Source: an uncultured cyanobacterium (GTDB lineage: Bacteria; Cyanobacteriota; Cyanobacteriia; CAKZMO01). Taken from it: a stretch of DNA of 64,000 nucleotides. The position numbers were made by a program, and so were the translations under genes. The notes beneath the pieces are model-generated. The model worked only from the letters and a program-made list of their open reading frames with translations, ran no database searches and had not been told where the DNA came from. Where the stretch lies: assembly GCA_963719515.1 (NCBI GenBank), contig CAVRCJ010000010.1, positions 512,001 to 576,000 of the forward strand, given 5' to 3'. Within the stretch, counting starts at the first letter, position 1; every line of letters begins with the position of its first letter. This document shows, one piece after another, positions 1 through 9,743 of this stretch.

Positions 1-1952
1 AGCTGGTGGTTCCCAAGCCTGAGCTACCCGTCTATTCGGCGATCGCCCCCTGGTCCGATAAAGACAGCACCTACTACTTTTCTCTCCTCTACAGCGTCGG
101 ACAGGCCTTCGGCTTCGAGATTCAAACCCCTTGGGAAGAGCTAACTCCAGAGCAGCGCCATATTATCCTCCACGGCTCTAAGGAGAAAATCAAGATTGAG
201 ACCGACTCCCGCTATGGCAACAAGCGGGGCTACCAGCGGCGCTACGAGGGGGTGCTGCCTATGCTAGAGCGCCAGTACCGAGAAAGCTCTTCGGATAGCT
301 ACAAGCAAAAGCTAGAGCAGTATCTGGTGGACCAGAGCTGCGAGGTGTGCGGGGGCGATCGCCTTAAGGCTGAGTCCTTGGCGGTACGTATCGGCCAGTT
401 CAGCATCCAGGACTTCACCAACGTTCCCATCCATATTGCCCTAGACCGCATCAATGCCCTAAGGCTCACCTCCCGGCAGGCCCAGATCGGGGAGCTGGTG
501 CTCAAAGAAATTAGAGCCCGGCTGCAGTTTCTGCTGGACGTAGGCCTAGATTACCTGACCTTGGACCGGCGGGCCATGACGCTCTCCGGCGGAGAGGCTC
601 AACGCATTCGGCTGGCGACCCAAATTGGCGCGGGGCTGACCGGCGTGCTCTACGTCTTGGACGAACCTAGCATCGGGCTGCACCAGCGGGACAACAGCCG
701 CCTGCTGACAACGCTCAACATGCTGCGCAGCTTGGGCAACACCTTGATTGTGGTAGAGCACGACGAAGACACGATTCGCGCGGCGGACTACATAGTGGAC
801 ATTGGCCCCGGTGCGGGGGTACACGGCGGTAGAATTGTGGCTCAGGGCAGCCTAAAGAATTTACTCACCTCAGAAGACTCTCTGACGGGGGCTTACCTCT
901 CCGGTCGCCGCCGCATCGCCACGCCGTCCGAGCGGCGGAACGGCAACAAGCGACAGCTCACCATCAAAGGCGCTCACCGCAATAACCTCCAGGGTATTGA
1001 CGTCAGTATTCCCTTGGGCAAGCTGGTATGCGTGACTGGGGTTTCGGGTTCAGGCAAGTCTACCTTGGTGAACGAGCTGCTGTACCCTGCTCTCCGCCAT
1101 CACTTTGGCCACAAGGTGCCTATGCCAAAAGAAGTAAAGGAGATCAAGGGGCTGGGCGCTTTGGATAAAGCGGTGGTAATCGACCAGTCCCCGATTGGCC
1201 GCACGCCGCGCTCCAATCCTGCCACCTACACCAGCGTATTTGACGTCATTCGGGAGCTGTTTTCTCAAACGGTGGAAGCTAAGGCGCGGGGCTACAAGCC
1301 GGGGCAGTTTTCCTTCAACGTCAAGGGGGGCCGCTGCGAGGCCTGCGGCGGCCAGGGCGTGAACGTCATTGAAATGAACTTTTTGCCCGATGTCTACGTG
1401 CAGTGCGACGTCTGTAAGGGCGCTCGCTACGACCGCGAGACCCTGCAGGTGAAGTACAAAAGCAAGTCTATCTCCGACGTGCTCAATATGACGGCGGAAG
1501 AGGCCCTAGACTTTTTCCAGAATATTCCCAAGGCGTCGGCGCGGCTGCAGACCATGGTGGATGTAGGGCTAGGCTACGTGCGCTTGGGACAGACGGCCCC
1601 TACGCTCTCAGGCGGAGAGGCCCAGCGGCTGAAGCTGGCAACGGAGCTGTCGCGGCGGGCGACGGGCAAAACGCTGTATCTCATTGATGAGCCCACCACA
1701 GGACTCTCTTTCTACGATGTCCACAAGCTGCTGGACGTGCTGCAGCGCTTAGTGGACAAGGGCAACTCGGTGCTGGTGATTGAGCACAACTTAGATGTGA
1801 TTCGCTGCGCCGATTGGCTCATCGATCTAGGCCCTGAGGGAGGCGATCGCGGCGGCAAGGTGGTGGCTGTAGGCACGCCGGAAGAGGTTGTGACGATAGA
1901 AGAGTCTTACACGGGGTACTACCTGAAGCAGGTGCTAGCTCAGCACGGGTAG
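1..1952 (+). CDS. uvrA: Excinuclease ABC subunit UvrA (5'-truncated by window edge)
   Basis: Two ABC signatures ([24 protein letters not shown]), Walker A GVSGSGKS, zinc-finger CEACGG...CDVCKG and the [13 protein letters not shown] motif; frame is open to the window start. Confidence 0.98.
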   Translation, partial: LVVPKPELPVYSAIAPWSDKDSTYYFSLLYSVGQAFGFEIQTPWEELTPEQRHIILHGSKEKIKIETDSRYGNKRGYQRRYEGVLPMLERQYRESSSDSYKQKLEQYLVDQSCEVCGGDRLKAESLAVRIGQFSIQDFTNVPIHIALDRINALRLTSRQAQIGELVLKEIRARLQFLLDVGLDYLTLDRRAMTLSGGEAQRIRLATQIGAGLTGVLYVLDEPSIGLHQRDNSRLLTTLNMLRSLGNTLIVVEHDEDTIRAADYIVDIGPGAGVHGGRIVAQGSLKNLLTSEDSLTGAYLSGRRRIATPSERRNGNKRQLTIKGAHRNNLQGIDVSIPLGKLVCVTGVSGSGKSTLVNELLYPALRHHFGHKVPMPKEVKEIKGLGALDKAVVIDQSPIGRTPRSNPATYTSVFDVIRELFSQTVEAKARGYKPGQFSFNVKGGRCEACGGQGVNVIEMNFLPDVYVQCDVCKGARYDRETLQVKYKSKSISDVLNMTAEEALDFFQNIPKASARLQTMVDVGLGYVRLGQTAPTLSGGEAQRLKLATELSRRATGKTLYLIDEPTTGLSFYDVHKLLDVLQRLVDKGNSVLVIEHNLDVIRCADWLIDLGPEGGDRGGKVVAVGTPEEVVTIEESYTGYYLKQVLAQHG

Positions 1953-1967
1953 GTCAAGCCAAGGCAT

Positions 1968-2660
1968 TTACTTCCAGCTGAAAAGCTGAAGTTCCCCTGT
2001 GGCGTTACTAGCTGTGACGGCGACCCTAAACTCTGGGCCTATTTGCAGGCTGGATAAAGACCAAGTTTCAGGCCGTTTGGCCGTCGCTATCTTTTGAATT
2101 CCTTCCCCTGTAGCTTTGATGTACGCTTCTTTTTGAGTCCATAAATCAAAGAAGCGCTGCACCTGTAGCGGTCCTGAAAGCGCTTTTAAATCTGCCTGCT
2201 CTTGCTCTGAGAAGTATCGGTGAGCGAGCCTCAGCAGTGATGAAACAGGGCGGACATATTCCACATCGACACCGATATCACCCTGCGAGATGAGCGCGTA
2301 GACCGCGACGTCCCGTGAGTGAGATAGGTTGAACTGCAGCTGTGGCTGGCTATGGGACGCGCCGAGAAGCGGCTTGCCGCGATCGCTGTAGGCAAAATTG
2401 ATAGCGTCGGGAGGGCAGTGCAGGTATCGACCTAGAATTAGCCGTAGCGTGCCTCGGGCCACCACAAAGCGTCGGCTGGCGGGCGATCGCAAGCGATTCG
2501 CCCGCTCAATCTCATCCTCTGACAGCAGACCGGCTCGGTGGCGAAGGCGGTCTGGTGGAATGTCCAAAGACGCCTTCCACAAATGGATGGCCCCTGACGT
2601 CAGCCCAGTGAGCTGAGAGGGGCCGCGCCAGCAGAGCTCATCTGACGGAATCAGCGGCAC
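1968..2660 (-). CDS. hetI: Sfp/HetI-type 4'-phosphopantetheinyl transferase
   Basis: GKP, FNLSHS, IGVDVE and WTQKEAYIKATGEG motifs of Sfp-type PPTases. Confidence 0.9.
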   Translation of the reverse strand: MPLIPSDELCWRGPSQLTGLTSGAIHLWKASLDIPPDRLRHRAGLLSEDEIERANRLRSPASRRFVVARGTLRLILGRYLHCPPDAINFAYSDRGKPLLGASHSQPQLQFNLSHSRDVAVYALISQGDIGVDVEYVRPVSSLLRLAHRYFSEQEQADLKALSGPLQVQRFFDLWTQKEAYIKATGEGIQKIATAKRPETWSLSSLQIGPEFRVAVTASNATGELQLFSWK

Positions 2661-2690
2661 GGGCGATCGTTTAATGGAGGTCAGCGGGCG

Positions 2691-3722
2691 CTAGGTGTTT
2701 TGAAAGCTCAGCTTAGGTCTGAACCCGTGCTTCACCGAAACTTCTCCGATACGAAGCATATTTTCAACCGTAATTTGGTTGCGTCCCCAGGAAAAATTGG
2801 TGTGCCATTTTTCAAACTCTAGCAGCATCGACTCCGCGAAACAGGCAAACAGCTGCCGACCCGGAATATCCATCTGAGCGATCTGCATGATCTGCCAGTC
2901 AATTTCTAGAGAATGCTCGACGATGCCGCCCTCTAGCACATAGACCTCAGGATGCTGTATTTTTGAGCCCATGTTCTTGGGGTAGCCTCCGTCCACCATC
3001 AGGCAGGGGTGCTTGAGGGTCTCAGGGTCAATTTCGACCCCTTTGGGCAAGCTGGCAACCCACACGACAATATCGGCGAGCGGCAGCGCCTCGGTGAGCC
3101 CCATGATTTTTCCTCGCCCCAAATCGCTCTGCAGCGCCTCAAGACGTTCTTGGTTTCTGGCGATTAGCAACAGCTCTTCAACGTCGGTGCGAGCATCAAG
3201 CCACCGGCACACAGCGCTGCCAATGTCTCCGGTTGCCCCACAAACCGCTACCACTGCATTGGACAAATTGATCCCCAGCTTTGCGGCAGCCTGCTCAACC
3301 TGACGACAAATGACGTAGGCGGTATGGGTATTGCCCGTAGTGAAGCGTTCAAACTCTAGATCAACGTTGCGGACGCGCCGATGCTGATCTAGGTTAAAGT
3401 TCTCAAAGATAATCGAGGAAAATCCACCCAGCGCCGTAATGTTAAGGTTGTTTTTTTGAGCCAGCGCCATGGCATTGAGAATTTTGCGGATGGCGGTTTT
3501 GACGCGGCGGTTTGTCAGCATCTCGGGCACGAAACAGGATTCGACGTACTGCCCTTTGATGGTCTGCCCAGTCGCGCTGGTAACCGTAATAGTATCGGCC
3601 ATCAAAGGCGGTGCCGAGCACCAAAAATCGAGACCCTGATCGGCATACTGTTGGAAGCCTAAGTGTTCGGCAGCCCGCCGCGCATGCTCAAGGCTTGTGA
3701 GATGACCAATCAACCCAAACAT
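2691..3722 (-). CDS. aar: Long-chain acyl-ACP reductase (alkane biosynthesis)
   Basis: Conserved N-terminus [14 protein letters not shown] (ATG at 3722, not the ORF-track start 3788), [24 protein letters not shown], catalytic FACFAE; lies directly downstream of ado. Confidence 0.97.
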   Translation of the reverse strand: MFGLIGHLTSLEHARRAAEHLGFQQYADQGLDFWCSAPPLMADTITVTSATGQTIKGQYVESCFVPEMLTNRRVKTAIRKILNAMALAQKNNLNITALGGFSSIIFENFNLDQHRRVRNVDLEFERFTTGNTHTAYVICRQVEQAAAKLGINLSNAVVAVCGATGDIGSAVCRWLDARTDVEELLLIARNQERLEALQSDLGRGKIMGLTEALPLADIVVWVASLPKGVEIDPETLKHPCLMVDGGYPKNMGSKIQHPEVYVLEGGIVEHSLEIDWQIMQIAQMDIPGRQLFACFAESMLLEFEKWHTNFSWGRNQITVENMLRIGEVSVKHGFRPKLSFQNT

Positions 3723-3839
3723 AGTTCTTTGCTCGTAATCGTTGTTTAATAATTTAAAGAAAGCAGATGAAATCGAGACGCTCGCCATCCCAAGGCCACA
3801 CGTCTCGATAGCTACTTATTCAACTTTACCCAGCAGCGT

Positions 3840-4535
3840 CTAAGCCGCGACCAAGCCGTGAGACGACATCCGCATGATCTCACCGGTGGTAAAGCCAATG
3901 TTGCCTAAAGCTTCGCCATAGCTGATCATAAAGTCTTCGACCAGCGCCTCTTTCTCCATCCCCAGAATGGCGGCATCTTTCTCAACCTGGTTGAGCATGC
4001 GCCACACAATAGGCAGGTTTTGACGGTTGGCCTCCTTCAGCTCTTCCCGAGACTCTTCAAAGTTGGCCTTGAGCCACACTTCGCCAAAGTTGAGGTGCAT
4101 GTACTCGTCTTTGACCACCCCTTCGGTGATCTTGCGCGCAAAGGCATCGGCGACGGGGATATAGATGTTGTATGCGGCGATCGCAAACGCTTCGATAATT
4201 AGGGACTGAATAAGGAAACAAGTGACAACGTTACCCTGCTCAAGGGCTGTCTTAAAGTTGCCGTGTAAATCACCAAAGTACTCGCGGGCAAAGTCCATAT
4301 CGGGGTCAACCTCAAGGTTGCGCCCACAGGCCATAAACCCCTTCTTGTGACGGTTCTCCATCTTGGCCAAGCGAGTCAGCTCTTCTGAGGAGTCCGGCAG
4401 TAGCGAAGCGAGGCTCAGGTAATTATCGTACGCTTCCTGCTCGCCTTCGATGACGATAGCGTTGATGCGGCTATACGCATCTTTGTAGGCATCACTACTG
4501 AAGTTGATCTCTGGCGTAAGTGCGAGCTCTTGCAT
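3840..4535 (-). CDS. ado: Aldehyde-deformylating oxygenase
   Basis: [19 protein letters not shown] and the two di-iron ExxH motifs (ENRH, EYMH); 231 aa. Confidence 0.98.
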   Translation of the reverse strand: MQELALTPEINFSSDAYKDAYSRINAIVIEGEQEAYDNYLSLASLLPDSSEELTRLAKMENRHKKGFMACGRNLEVDPDMDFAREYFGDLHGNFKTALEQGNVVTCFLIQSLIIEAFAIAAYNIYIPVADAFARKITEGVVKDEYMHLNFGEVWLKANFEESREELKEANRQNLPIVWRMLNQVEKDAAILGMEKEALVEDFMISYGEALGNIGFTTGEIMRMSSHGLVAA

Positions 4536-4976
4536 GTGACTTCAACATCCCCTTGAGTTCTATTTAAGTAGTAGCTAGGTTCGATCGGCGTAGCAATCGT
4601 AGGGCATAAACCCTTAAACGGTGCTTATCATAAAGCCTGATATCCCAGCGCTGTCAAGTCTCTAATGTTCTAATCTTGGCCTATATTAGCTAGGTTTGCT
4701 GCGTTTACAGCTCACCTATAAGGTGAACAAATCAGTCAGCTTCTCCAAGCAGGGCTAACTCAATGCATGTAGCATAAATAAGTCGGTGACCGTAGTATAA
4801 ACAAGCTATGTCTAGGTCAAGAGGAAAAACTCTCCCATGGGAAGAACCCACTTCCCAGAAAGATTTTGGTAATAGAGCCCGATCGGTTATTTCTAGTGCT
4901 TCCTTCATGGTAGATAGAGAAGTCGCGCCAGCAGGTTTGAGTTTGGGCCACTATCGCGGCTGTCACATGTCGGCAC

Positions 4977-6776
4977 CTATACCAAAGAAGTCACTGCAGC
5001 GGTCTCTGCGCCTGTTCCCCGGGTACCAGAGTAGACAAGCCCTCGCTTGAGGTCCAGCGTCAAAATGGTGCCATCTCGAATCACATCAGTGGCGTTTTCA
5101 ACCCCAAGAATAACCGGCACCCCCAGCCGCAGACCAATGGTGGCGGCGTGGCCAGTTAGGCTGTCATCTTCGGTGATGATGCCGGAGGCGTTGCGAATAG
5201 CTTCAACGTAGTCAGCACTGGTGTGAGACACCACCAGAATTTCGCCTGGGTTGAAGCTACCCGCATCCATCGAGTCGTGGACAATTCTGGCCCGGCCGTT
5301 GACGGTTCCCTGGCCGATGCCGATGCCTTTCCCCATCACTGCCGTGACGATTTCGACCTTGACGAGGTCAGTGGAGCCCGCAACGCCCTGTAGCGTGCCT
5401 GCCGTCATCACCACCAAATCGCCTTCCCGCAGCAGGTTGACCTCCTGGGAGACGCTGAGCGCTGCCCGAAAGGTCTGACCGGCTGAAGGGAGGTCCAAAA
5501 CCAACAGCGGTTTAACCCCCCAAGAGAGCTGAAGCTGGCGGGCGACGTCGGTGTGGGGGGTAACCGCCAAGATGGGCGTCTGAGGGCGGTATTTGGACAC
5601 GTTCCTCGCTGTCGCACCAGTTTTGGTCAGGGTCATAATGGCGGCGGCGTCGAGCTGAGCGGCGATCCGACCTACCGCTTGGCTGATGGCATTGGGAATG
5701 GTGTGGCCAAGCTTTTCTTCAAAGGTACGGCTAGTGAGCTGATCGCGCTCTAGACGTACGGCAATGCGCGCCATGGTCTCCACTGACTGGACGGGATATT
5801 CGCCGACGGCGGTTTCGTTAGAGAGCATCACGGCGTCGGTGCCGTCCAAAATGGCGTTGGCTACGTCGGAGATCTCAGCGCGAGTGGCGCGGGGGCTGTG
5901 GGCCATGCTGTCGAGCATCTGAGTGGCCGTAATCACGGGGATGCCGAGGCGGTTGGCGATCGCAATTAGCCGCTTCTGCAGGATGGGCACCTCTTCCGCC
6001 GCCACCTCTACCCCGAGGTCACCCCGAGCGACCATAACGCCGTCACAAACGGACAGGATGGCCTCCATTTGCTCGATGGCCTCGTGCTTCTCAATTTTGG
6101 CAATTACCGGCACGTGCTTGCCGGCGCTTGAGATCAGTTCCTTGATTTCTAGGATGTCTTGAGGATTACGCACAAAGCTCAAAGCAACCCAGTCAACCCC
6201 TTGATCTAAGCCAAACACTAGGTCTTTGCGGTCTTTTTCCGTCAGCGCTTTGATAGAGAGGTAGACTCCCGGGAAATTTACCCCTTTGTTGTTGGAGAGC
6301 TGGCCCCCGATCACCACGCGGCAGTGAAGCTCTCCTGTTTCCGGTGAGACTTCGTCGACAACCATCTCTACCCGGCCGTCATCAATCAGAATGGTCGCCC
6401 CTGGCGACACCTCTTCTGCCAGCTTGTCGTAGGTTACAGAGCTAATGGTTTGCGTGCCGGGAATCTCTTTGCTCGTCAGCGTAAATGGGTCACCCACCTC
6501 CAGCTGGATGGGACCCTCTTGAAATCGGCCCAGCCGAATTTTAGGCCCCTGCAAATCCTGGAGAATTGCGACGGGCTGGTTGAGTTCAAAGGACAGCTGA
6601 CGGATCAGCCTAATGTTGCGCTGGTGGTCTTGATGAGTTCCGTGGGAGAAGTTGAGTCTGAGCGTCGTCGCGCCCGCTTCAATCAGGGCCCGAAGCGTGT
6701 CGGGATCGCTGGTCGCCGGGCCGATGGTCGCGACGATCTTAGTGCGGCGAATAATGTCATGAGGTGGTGTAAGCAT
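4977..6776 (-). CDS. pyk: Pyruvate kinase, long form with C-terminal PEP-utiliser mobile domain
   Basis: RRTKIVATIGPA, LNFSHG, DLQGPKIR, MVARGDLGVE, ATQMLDSM, DAVMLSNETA; C-terminal TGHAAT domain. Confidence 0.97.
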   Translation of the reverse strand: MLTPPHDIIRRTKIVATIGPATSDPDTLRALIEAGATTLRLNFSHGTHQDHQRNIRLIRQLSFELNQPVAILQDLQGPKIRLGRFQEGPIQLEVGDPFTLTSKEIPGTQTISSVTYDKLAEEVSPGATILIDDGRVEMVVDEVSPETGELHCRVVIGGQLSNNKGVNFPGVYLSIKALTEKDRKDLVFGLDQGVDWVALSFVRNPQDILEIKELISSAGKHVPVIAKIEKHEAIEQMEAILSVCDGVMVARGDLGVEVAAEEVPILQKRLIAIANRLGIPVITATQMLDSMAHSPRATRAEISDVANAILDGTDAVMLSNETAVGEYPVQSVETMARIAVRLERDQLTSRTFEEKLGHTIPNAISQAVGRIAAQLDAAAIMTLTKTGATARNVSKYRPQTPILAVTPHTDVARQLQLSWGVKPLLVLDLPSAGQTFRAALSVSQEVNLLREGDLVVMTAGTLQGVAGSTDLVKVEIVTAVMGKGIGIGQGTVNGRARIVHDSMDAGSFNPGEILVVSHTSADYVEAIRNASGIITEDDSLTGHAATIGLRLGVPVILGVENATDVIRDGTILTLDLKRGLVYSGTRGTGAETAAVTSLV

Positions 6777-6906
6777 TTCTGGACTCCCAACAGAAAACAG
6801 TCATCTCCACTCTGCACATTGAAAGACAGAGAGCAACGCGAATAGTAGCATGTTTACGTTATCGAAACATTATCAGCTGCCCTAGCAAAGACGTGACGAA
6901 GATTGG

Positions 6907-6933
6907 CAAAATCCCCCGGCGCTACGCCGGGGG
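6907..6933 (-). terminator. Intrinsic terminator downstream of the COP23-like gene
   Basis: 9-bp GC stem CCCCCGGCG-CTA-CGCCGGGGG (6913-6933) followed on the minus strand by ATTTT, 20 nt after the stop at 6953. Confidence 0.75.
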
Positions 6934-6952
6934 GAAAGGCTCAAGCCGGTGC

Positions 6953-7669
6953 CTAGCGAAACGCCTCTGGGTTTAGCGATCGCCCTGAAGGCTGTACCTG
7001 TGAGCGTAGGGCTGTCCCCGTTCCGCCGTCGGCTGGGTCTAAAAACGGCCTCAGGTTTATCGCTGCGCTAGAGGGCACCGCCCCGGAAGGGGACGCCGAG
7101 CCCTGGCCTCCCGGCAAATCTAGGCCAAGTTCGCGCCCAATCCGGCGCAGAATTCCATCGCTACCGCTAGTGTATGTAGTGACTGCTGTGGTCTCCTGGC
7201 CCTGGTTAGCGATCGCCAGGTTTTCAAACACGCGGTCCCTCGTCTGCAGGGGGTCTTGCCCTTGAGGGACCGTGAAGACAATCCGGCACTCGCTGTTCGC
7301 TTCCGTGGTGGCACAGACGGTGTTGTAGCCGTTCTCAACGTCGGTACGTAGCTCCAGTAGGCCATCAGGGCGATAGAGCTCTAGGCGGCGACCAATCTCA
7401 GCGCAGCGGCGATCGGCAAACCAACCCCCTCCCATGTCTTCTGGGGTTGCCCAAGAATAGAGCTGGTCAGGCTGACTCTCTGGGTTGTACATGATGGTGT
7501 ATTCCCCATCGGCCAGCTGGCAGCTAAAGCGAGTTGAGCTCGCGGTGGGGTCGGTATCGCCGGCGTCTTGAGCGATCGCGGCGGGGGCAATCATCGCGGG
7601 GGCGATCGCACTGGCCGCAAGTAGGGCGGCGGCGAGTTGTGTAGGTTTGAACGGCGGGATGTAACGCAT
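6953..7669 (-). CDS. COP23 (circadian oscillating protein) domain secreted protein
   Basis: Signal peptide ending AIA-QD; RFSC...MGGGW...RCAEI..RL...NGYNTVC..C.IVFT pattern of COP23; ATG at 7669 preceded by AAGGA. Confidence 0.8.
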   Translation of the reverse strand: MRYIPPFKPTQLAAALLAASAIAPAMIAPAAIAQDAGDTDPTASSTRFSCQLADGEYTIMYNPESQPDQLYSWATPEDMGGGWFADRRCAEIGRRLELYRPDGLLELRTDVENGYNTVCATTEANSECRIVFTVPQGQDPLQTRDRVFENLAIANQGQETTAVTTYTSGSDGILRRIGRELGLDLPGGQGSASPSGAVPSSAAINLRPFLDPADGGTGTALRSQVQPSGRSLNPEAFR

Positions 7670-7900
7670 GGATGTCCTTATGAAACGCAACGCAAAGAGG
7701 GTAGTGACGGGTCAGCAGAATAACAGGCTCAAAAAAGGCTAAAGGTCTGCGGATTCAGCTCGATAGCGGCTGTAGCCATAGATAACGCTTAGGGCTACTA
7801 CAATCTCTGTGCCTTAGCGCCAAATGCTTCGTCGTCAGATGCATTAACAAGAGTTATGGGTTCACGTAAAACCTGGTGTAAAGTTTTATGAAAAAGAACC

Positions 7901-7914
7901 GTATATCTTGCTAC
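7901..7914. promoter_or_regulatory. Candidate NtcA binding site
   Basis: GTA-TATCTTGC-TAC (GTA-N8-TAC, reads TGTAGC...ATAC on minus) in the AT-rich region upstream of the COP23-like gene; no -10 box at the canonical 22-nt spacing. Confidence 0.35.
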
Positions 7915-8267
7915 ACTACTTCTCAAGAAGCGAGACGAGACCGCCTTCGGTTATCGCTCAGGCAGCCCTGGGAACGCAATGGCTGACTTTTTCTACTGAT
8001 ATAGAACGTTTGAGACTGCAACGACATCGTATCAATTTGACAGAGACAGAGGCTGGCCTTCACGGGCCAGCTTTTTAATTGGTCTAATTCAGGCAAGGCC
8101 TGTAGGCGCGTAGCGTGGCGTGCCCCCTGCCAGCAATTCTCATCTTAGAAAACATAAGCAACTGACCGTTTGACTACGCTTTTTACCCCACCCACGATTG
8201 AACTCTAGCGCGGCAGTCCCTAATCTCAGCGCAGCGGATTAGGGAAGGATAGGGGACGGCTTCGCCG

Positions 8268-8678
8268 TCAATCAGTCGGTGCATCTTGGCGGTGGATGTA
8301 TTGTTTAAGCATTTCGATTGGGGCTCCGCCAGCGCTAGCGACATAGTAAGCGTTGGACCAAAACGCTTTATGTCCCCCGTAGTGTTCTTTGTACTGCTGG
8401 GGAAATTCTTTTTTCATGGTGCGGCTGGTTGCGGCTTTAAGGCTGCCAACGAGCGCAGAGATTGAGTTGCGTGGATGGAAGTCAACAAGTAGGTGGATGT
8501 GGTCCGCTTCCCCTGAGAACTCCAGCACCCTACACCCCATCTTCACGCAGACCTGAGAAATCATTTCCTCAATCCTAGCAAGCATTTCAGAGTTGATGGC
8601 TTTGCGCCTGTAGTGCGTTACAAATACTAGGTGCAGGTGCACGCTAAAAACGCTGTGACTTCCTTTTCTTGTTGGCAT
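8268..8678 (-). CDS. tnpA: IS200-type Y1 HUH transposase TnpA (apparently intact)
   Basis: HLVFVTHYRR, HUH motif DHIHLL, FWSNAYY and catalytic helix KQYIHRQ; ATG at 8678. Confidence 0.93.
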   Translation of the reverse strand: MPTRKGSHSVFSVHLHLVFVTHYRRKAINSEMLARIEEMISQVCVKMGCRVLEFSGEADHIHLLVDFHPRNSISALVGSLKAATSRTMKKEFPQQYKEHYGGHKAFWSNAYYVASAGGAPIEMLKQYIHRQDAPTD

Positions 8679-8707
8679 TTGGGCTAGGTGTAGGCTATTA
8701 TGGGCAC

Positions 8708-9612
8708 ATGGTAACAACTCGCCGCGTCACTTTCAAGCTGTATCCGTCCGCCACTAAGGCGGCGAAGCTGCATGATGCGCGGAAGTTGCACCAGTATCTG
8801 TACAATGCCGCACTAGCAGATCGCCGCGATATGTATAAGCGGTGGGGCGTCTCGGTGGACTACTTTGCTCAGCAAAACTGTTTGCCAGCATTTAAGAGAG
8901 AGTGGCCTGAGTACAAAGGGCTAGCCAGTCACGCCTTGCAAGCGACTCTAAAGCGGGTTGACCTAGCATTTCAGGGCTTTTTCAATGGCCTGCGGGGTTA
9001 CCCCAAGTTCAAGGCATTCCGCTACTACAGAGGTTGGACATATCCTTGCAAGTCAGGATGGAAAGCCCATACCGATGGTACAAATGGCTACTTGGAGCTG
9101 AGAGATTTGGGGTTGCGCATTCAGATGCGCGTTGGCTTCACCAGGTAACCAGCAGCATAGTACGCGATAACAGCCTAGTTGCTGGCGAACAACTCAACGT
9201 CAAGGGCATGACCCGCAAGGCCCAGAAGGGTAAGCGGAAAAAGCAAAAGGCCGGTCTCAACCGCTCTATCTTGTCGGTAGGGTTTGCCGAGATTGGCAAG
9301 CTGCTATCCTACAAAGAGGCTGAGGCCGGTGGATTCTATGTCGAGTCACCTACCCGGCAGCTTAAGCCTACTCAGCGGTGTGCTGTGTGCTGACAGACGA
9401 CGCCCAAGACGATGGCTGAGCGCACTCACGTATGCCAGCACTGCGGTCATGTTGAGGACCGCGATACCAATGCTGCCCAGGTCAACCTGATCTGGGCCAA
9501 GGGGCAGGAACTGTCCTTAAGCCGTCGATCCACTAGCTCCACTGATTGCCGAAGCATGAAGCGCCTAGCGGAAATGAAACGCGCGAAACGTCTAGCTCAG
9601 CCTTGCGGCTAG
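8708..9612 (+). pseudogene. tnpB: tnpB pseudogene (internal deletion with frameshift plus nonsense codon)
   Basis: N-terminus FKLYPS...YNAAL jumps at ~9130 to the RWLHQVTSSIV...EQLNVKGM frame with RuvC-I absent; TGA at 9391-9393 inside the zinc finger CAVC*...CQHCG; RuvC-III DRDTNAA present. Confidence 0.9.
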
Positions 9613-9743
9613 ACGTAGTTCATAGTGGACTGAAAGTGCAGGCCAATTGAGAATACCCACTAGAGTGGGTCAAGGCTTCTAGACTGGGTTCTATGCAGCA
9701 GTGCGTTCTCCAGGAGCGTATCCGGAAAACTTCGCTGAGCCGC

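Larger units (their letters stand above)
8203..9623. mobile_element. IS200/IS605-family element (IS605 group, divergent tnpA/tnpB)
   Basis: Left end follows TTGAA (8198-8202) with guide CAGT at the foot of hairpin CCCTAATC-N11-GATTAGGG; right end has guide GAAA, hairpin CGTCTAGC-N11-GCTAGACG and ends TTCAT (9623); no target-site duplication. Confidence 0.9.

Noticed and set aside
9120..9150. Programmed frameshift in tnpB
   Set aside because: No slippery sequence, and the RuvC-I region is missing altogether, so this is a deletion junction
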